Assembly (NCBI RefSeq): GCF_006345805.1
Contig: NC_043007.1
Span: 9,796,001 to 9,860,000 of the forward strand
Origin: Octopus sinensis
Taxonomy: Eukaryota
Length of the DNA stretch: 64,000 nucleotides
Direction: 5' to 3'
Both the position numbers and the translations under genes were made by a program. Of this stretch, positions 61,722 through 64,000 are shown one piece after another (within the stretch, counting starts at the first letter, position 1; each line of letters begins with the position of its first letter). Below the pieces are notes generated by a model. That model made no database searches and was not told where the DNA came from. It saw nothing but the letters and a program-made list of their open reading frames with translations.

Positions 61722-63985
61722 CCACCCATCCATCCACCCTTCCATCCATCCACCCATCCATCTACCAATCAATTCATCCATCCATCCATCATCCATGCAT
61801 CCTTCCATCTCCCCATCCAGCCGTCCATCAGCACATCCTCACATCCACCCACCCACCCATCAATATATCCATCCATCCATCCATCAATCCATACGTCCGT
61901 CCGTCCGTCCGTCTGCCCGTCCGCCGGTCCGTGCATCCATCCATTCGTCCTTGCATCCATCCATCAGTCCATCTGTCCATACGACCATCCGTCCCACAGT
62001 CCATCCGTCAATCCGTCCGTCCGTCTATCCGTCCATCCGTCCATTCATCCGTCCGTCCGTCCTTCCGTCCATCCGTCCATCTGTCCGTCCGTCCGTCCAT
62101 CCATCCATCCATCCATCCATCATTCCATCATTCCATCTATCCATCTATCCATCCATCCATCCAGCACCCATCCAGCCATCCATCCATCCATCCATCCATT
62201 CATCCATCCATCCACCCGCCCATCCATCCACCCACCCACCAATCCATCCGTCCATCCATCCGTCCGTCCGTCCCTCCCTCCCTCCGTCCGGCCTTCCGTC
62301 CGTCCGTCCGTCCATCCATCCATCTATCCATCCCCCCTCCACCCATACATCCACCCATCAACCCATCCACCCATCTACCCACCCAACCATTCACCCATCC
62401 ATCCTTCCATCTATCCATCCGTCCATCCATCCATCCGTCTGTCCGTCCGTCCGTCCATCCATCCATCCATCCAATCTTCCATCCTGCCATCCATCCATCT
62501 ATCCATCTATCCATCCGTCCGTCGTCCAGCCGTCCATCCGTCCGTCCATCCAACCAGCCGTCCATCCATCCACCCATCCATCCATCCATCCATACATCCA
62601 TATATCCATCCGTCCATCCATCCATCCACCCACCCATCCATCCATCCACCAATCCACCCATCCACCCACCCATCCACCATCCACCATCCACCCACTCACC
62701 CTTCCTACCATCAATTTATCTATCCATCCATTCATCCATCCATCTGTCCATCCATCCATCCGTCCCTCCATCCGTCCCTCCGAATGTCTATCCATCCATT
62801 CATCCATCCAGTCATCCATCCATCCATCGTTCCATCCATCCACCAAACCATATATCAATCCATCCATCCGTCCACTTATCCAGCCATCCACCCATCCGTC
62901 CATCCATCCATCCATACATCCTTCCATCCGTCCGTCCATCCGACCGTCCGTTCGTCCATCCATCCGTCCATCCATCCTTCCATCAATCCATCCACTCATC
63001 CACCCATCCACCAACCCACCCATCCTCCCACCCATCCATCCATCCATCCGTCCATCCATCCATCCATCCGTTCATCCGTCCATCCGTCCGTCCATCCGTC
63101 CGTCCGTCCATCCGTCCGTCCGTCCGTCCGTTCATCCGTCCATCCGTCCGTCCGGTCTTCCGTCCATCCGTCCATCCGTCTGTCCATCCATCCGTCCCTC
63201 CGTCTGTCCCTGCGTCTGTCCGTTCCTCCATCCGTCCGTCTGTCCGTCCCCTCCATCCATCATTCCATCCACCCTTCCACCAATCCACCAATCCATCCAT
63301 CCATCCACCCATCCATCCATCCACCCACCCATCCGTTCATCCATCCATCCACCCACCCACCCATCTATCCATCCATCCATCCATCCATTCATCTGTCCGT
63401 CTGTCCGTCCGTCCATCCATGCATCCGTCCGCCCATTCGTCCGTCCCTTCGTCCGTCCCTCCGTCCATCCATCCATCCACCCAACTATCCATGCACCCAT
63501 GCACCCATCCATCCATCCACCCATCCATTCATCCATCCACTCAAACCCATCCCTCCCTCCCTCCATCCATCCATCCGTCCGTCCGTCCGCCCCTCCGTAT
63601 ATCCATCCGTACTTCCCTCCGTCCATGCATCCGTTTGTCCGTCTGTCCGTCCATCCATCCATCAGTCCGTCCGTCCATCCGTCCGTCCGTCCGTCCAACC
63701 GTCCGTCCGTCCGTCCGTCCATCCGTCCATCCGTCCGTACGTCCATCCATCCACATAGCCACCCATCCATCCATCCATCCATCCATCCATCCATCCATCC
63801 ATCCACACACCCATCTATCCATCCATCCATCCATCCATCCGTCCGTCAGTCCGTCGGTCCGTCCGTCCTTCCGTAATTCCGTCCCCCCGTCCGTACCTCC
63901 GTCCATCCACCCATCCGTCCATCCGTCCATCCATCCATCCATCCATCAATCCACCCATCAATCCACCCATCCATCCATCCATCCA
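61722..63985. repeat. (CCAT)n/(CCGT)n degenerate tetranucleotide satellite
   Basis: Direct reading; source of the PSIH/MDGW pseudo-ORFs. Confidence 0.95.
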
Positions 63986-64000
63986 ACTACACATATATAT

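Noticed and set aside
61769-63942. 693-aa PSIH-rich and MDGW-rich ORFs
   Set aside because: They are artefacts of the stop-free (CCAT)n satellite.

Overview
Repeat-dense, AT-rich eukaryotic DNA. The repeat families and microsatellite load suggest an octopus (coleoid cephalopod) genome; this is an inference. Two spliced, convergently transcribed mitochondrial-protein genes can be rebuilt exon by exon with consistent GT-AG sites and phases. They are PMPCB (mitochondrial processing peptidase beta; + strand, 12 exons, 8350-33718, 481 aa, intact HFLEH zinc motif) and NDUFAF3 (complex I assembly factor 3; - strand, 5 exons, 54605-40500, 256 aa, with a 96-aa charged C-terminal tail and an upstream MAD* uORF). 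Introns and intergenic DNA contain RTE and CR1-type LINE fragments, tRNA-derived SINEs, Helitrons, mariner relics and MITEs with readable TSDs. The window ends in a 22-bp satellite, a ~3.35-kb degenerate (CCCTAA)n array and a ~2.3-kb (CCAT)n tract. The most notable unannotated signal is a set of minimal type-I hammerhead-ribozyme motifs with variant cores in Penelope-like/retrozyme-like elements. The clearest is a 512-bp insertion with a 13-bp TSD, an inverted end and a 354-nt repeat unit, on the sense strand of PMPCB intron 7. Most other ORFs in the track are artefacts of simple repeats or decayed transposons.
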